Assembly (NCBI GenBank): GCA_050014195.1
Contig: JBEKDT010000002.1
Span: forward strand, 288,001-352,000
Direction of reading: 5' to 3'
From: Desulfomonilia bacterium
GTDB lineage: Bacteria > Desulfobacterota > Desulfomonilia > UBA1062
Length of the DNA: 64,000 bases
A model generated the notes under the pieces. It saw nothing but the letters and a program-made list of their open reading frames with translations, was not told where the DNA came from and searched no databases. Position numbers and translations under genes: made by a program. This document shows, one piece after another, positions 61,918 to 64,000 of the stretch. Each line of letters opens with the position of its first letter. Within the stretch, counting starts at the first letter, position 1.

Positions 61918-62730
61918 TCAACCTTGATCGATGATGATGCCGTCTCTTTTTAGATGGTCCGCCCAAATCACTGCCATGAGGCGGTAGCCATTTGTATTAA
62001 GGTGGAGCCTGTCTTTGAGCCAGATCTTCTCCTGGTCTTTCAATAGATGGTGAAAATCCGGGCCTCTTCGTGCAAGGTCGGGATAGGTCTCTAGAATCTC
62101 TTCGATCCTGTTATTGATCATCTTCGTATATATACCAAGCCGTTCCCGGGCGCTGTCTGACATGAAAAATAGCCTATCGATGCCGAAATATTTCAACCCG
62201 CCACGGTAAGCATTGGGCGGGATTTTGGCAAGGTAAGTGGTGAGCCCTCGTTCCTTCAGTTTGATAAGGCACGCCAGGATGTTTTCCTTGGTGAGGAGAA
62301 AATCCCCATTTTCATACCCGGCAACGCCGCCGATGAAACGAGCTACCACATCAGGCACCACTGAATGGCTGGCATCATTGGTGCCGATCATCATGAGGCA
62401 CACACGGTAGTCCTTATCCGATTCCATGATTTCATCCAGCGGCTTTCCATTCAAAGGAAAGTCCTTCACCCCGCTCTTGGTCCATATACCCCCGGGCAGC
62501 CAGTCACGGGAGGTGCTCCCGCTCCTTCCGAGATTAAGCACAAGCCTACCGTTCCATTTTTTAGAGAGCATCTCGCCAAGCATGTATGGATATGTCGTAT
62601 TCAGAAGTTCACGTGTCCTGATATCCGCGAATGGGGCATACCGGGTGATACCCGGCTGGGAACCTGCGGTAAGTGAGTCTCCGATGGCGATGATCTGACC
62701 AGGCCCATTGATGAGAGACCCAGTACCCAT
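61918..62730 (-). CDS. SGNH/GDSL hydrolase
   Basis: IGDSLT, NLGRSG, IGTND, DRLH blocks. Confidence 0.88.
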   Translation of the reverse strand: MGTGSLINGPGQIIAIGDSLTAGSQPGITRYAPFADIRTRELLNTTYPYMLGEMLSKKWNGRLVLNLGRSGSTSRDWLPGGIWTKSGVKDFPLNGKPLDEIMESDKDYRVCLMMIGTNDASHSVVPDVVARFIGGVAGYENGDFLLTKENILACLIKLKERGLTTYLAKIPPNAYRGGLKYFGIDRLFFMSDSARERLGIYTKMINNRIEEILETYPDLARRGPDFHHLLKDQEKIWLKDRLHLNTNGYRLMAVIWADHLKRDGIIIDQG

Positions 62731-62732
62731 GA

Positions 62733-63491
62733 CTACAGTACCTTGTCCATAAAGGCCTTGACCCTGGGGTTATCCATATTTTCCGAGAATACCTCCCTGG
62801 GGGTTCCATCAAAGATGAAGGAGCCGTTATCCATGAAGATCACCCGATCAGCCATCTCACGGGCGAAGCCCATCTGGTGTGTGACGATTACCATGGTCAT
62901 GCCCTCTGCAGCCAGGGCCTTGATGGTCCCAAAGACCTCACCCACAAGCTCGGGGTCAAGGGCTGACGTGGGCTCGTCGAAGAGCATGAGCCGGGGTTTC
63001 ATTGCCAGGGCCCTGGCAATGGCAACACGCTGCTTCTGTCCGCCTGAAAGGAATGCAGGGAATATGTCCTTCTTATCGAGCAAGCCCACCTTGCCCAACA
63101 GGTCCATAGCTATGTTCCGGGCCTGCTCTTTGGGCTGTTTCTTTACCGTGACAGGGCCCTCCATAACATTCTCGATCGCAGTCATATGGGGGAAGAGATA
63201 AAAATGTTGAAACACCATGCCGATCTCGGAGCGGAGAGCGCAGATCACATCGGGTTTGTCCAAGACAAGCCTGCCCTTCTTATCGCGCCGGTATCCCACC
63301 TCATTGCCGTCCAGCAGGAGCCTGCCCTCATCGATCTTTTCCAGAAAGTTGATCATCCGCAGCAGGGTGGTCTTGCCTGATCCTGAGGGTCCGATGATGA
63401 CGATCCGCTCGCCTTCTTTGATGCTTAGGTCTACATGGTCAACAGCAGTTAATGTGCCGAAGCGCTTGAGAACACCCTGCAGCTCAATCAT
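62733..63491 (-). CDS. Polar amino acid ABC transporter ATP-binding protein (GlnQ-like)
   Basis: GPSGSGKT, LSGGQKQR, FDEPTSALDPE. Confidence 0.95.
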   Translation of the reverse strand: MIELQGVLKRFGTLTAVDHVDLSIKEGERIVIIGPSGSGKTTLLRMINFLEKIDEGRLLLDGNEVGYRRDKKGRLVLDKPDVICALRSEIGMVFQHFYLFPHMTAIENVMEGPVTVKKQPKEQARNIAMDLLGKVGLLDKKDIFPAFLSGGQKQRVAIARALAMKPRLMLFDEPTSALDPELVGEVFGTIKALAAEGMTMVIVTHQMGFAREMADRVIFMDNGSFIFDGTPREVFSENMDNPRVKAFMDKVL

Positions 63492-64000
63492 CGGTTTTCA
63501 TATACCCCCAGTCGATCCTCGACTTTTCTGAACGAGACAGTGAATATGCTTGTAAGCACAAGGTAGATAATAGCGGCCTGGATGAGGATATATACATTGA
63601 ACGTGGCACTGAAGATTTGATTTGCCGCCCTCATGAGTTCCACCATGGCAATGGTCGATACTAATGCGGTATCTTTAATGAGTGCGATGAATTCATTACC
63701 CACAGGCGGCATGAGGCGCTTGTACGTCTGGGGTATGATGATGCGGCGCATGGCCTGCCAGTAGGTCATGCCGATGGCCTTGGCTGCCTCCATCTGGCCC
63801 GGATCAATGCTTTCTATTGCCCCGCGCATGATCTCGGCGAGATATGCCGAGTAATTCAGGCCGAGCCCGAGTATCGCAGCGGTGAAAGGCTTGAAGGTGA
63901 CGCCCAGTGACGGCAGGCCGTAATAGATGAAGAAGAGCTGGAGCAGAAGCGGCGTGCCCCTGAATATCCAGATATAGCACCAGAAGAGGGATGAGAGAAT
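63488..64000 (-). CDS. Polar amino acid ABC transporter permease (5' end outside the window)
   Basis: Frame open to the edge: FRGTPLLLQLF..YYGLP, SAYLAEIMRG, GQMEAA..IGM. Confidence 0.93.
   Translation of the reverse strand: MLSSLFWCYIWIFRGTPLLLQLFFIYYGLPSLGVTFKPFTAAILGLGLNYSAYLAEIMRGAIESIDPGQMEAAKAIGMTYWQAMRRIIIPQTYKRLMPPVGNEFIALIKDTALVSTIAMVELMRAANQIFSATFNVYILIQAAIIYLVLTSIFTVSFRKVEDRLGVYENR

Overview
Bacterial chromosomal window of moderate GC with no rRNA or CRISPR seen. Gene content (AOR, 2-hydroxyacyl-CoA dehydratase, PanP, spd-type EF-G paralogue, HDOD proteins) suggests an anaerobic deltaproteobacterium (Desulfobacterota-like); this is an inference. The core consists of housekeeping blocks: radA with a partial type II secretion cluster, fusA2 and murI; lipA-hom-apgM; secFD-yajC-tgt-queA; tRNA-Asp/tRNA-Val; hup-lon-clpXP-tig; thyX. 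Accessory blocks: (1) a MarR-led 2-hydroxyacyl-CoA dehydratase/activase/QueG-like operon; (2) a CusRS-like two-component system divergent from an ArnT-type glycosyltransferase; (3) a 13-kb lipid/alcohol region with a phytoene-desaturase-family enzyme, a HAD phosphatase, a class I HMG-CoA reductase paired with a stand-alone DUF2156 aminoacyl-tRNA transferase, a NarL-type two-component system and AOR-SCP2-ADH-SCP2. Best candidates for undescribed biology: the HMG-CoA reductase/DUF2156 pair, and a set of sigma-28-like promoters driving apparently leaderless genes plus an 88-aa protein resembling only the flagellin C-terminus. All family calls come from motif recognition by eye; no searches were run.
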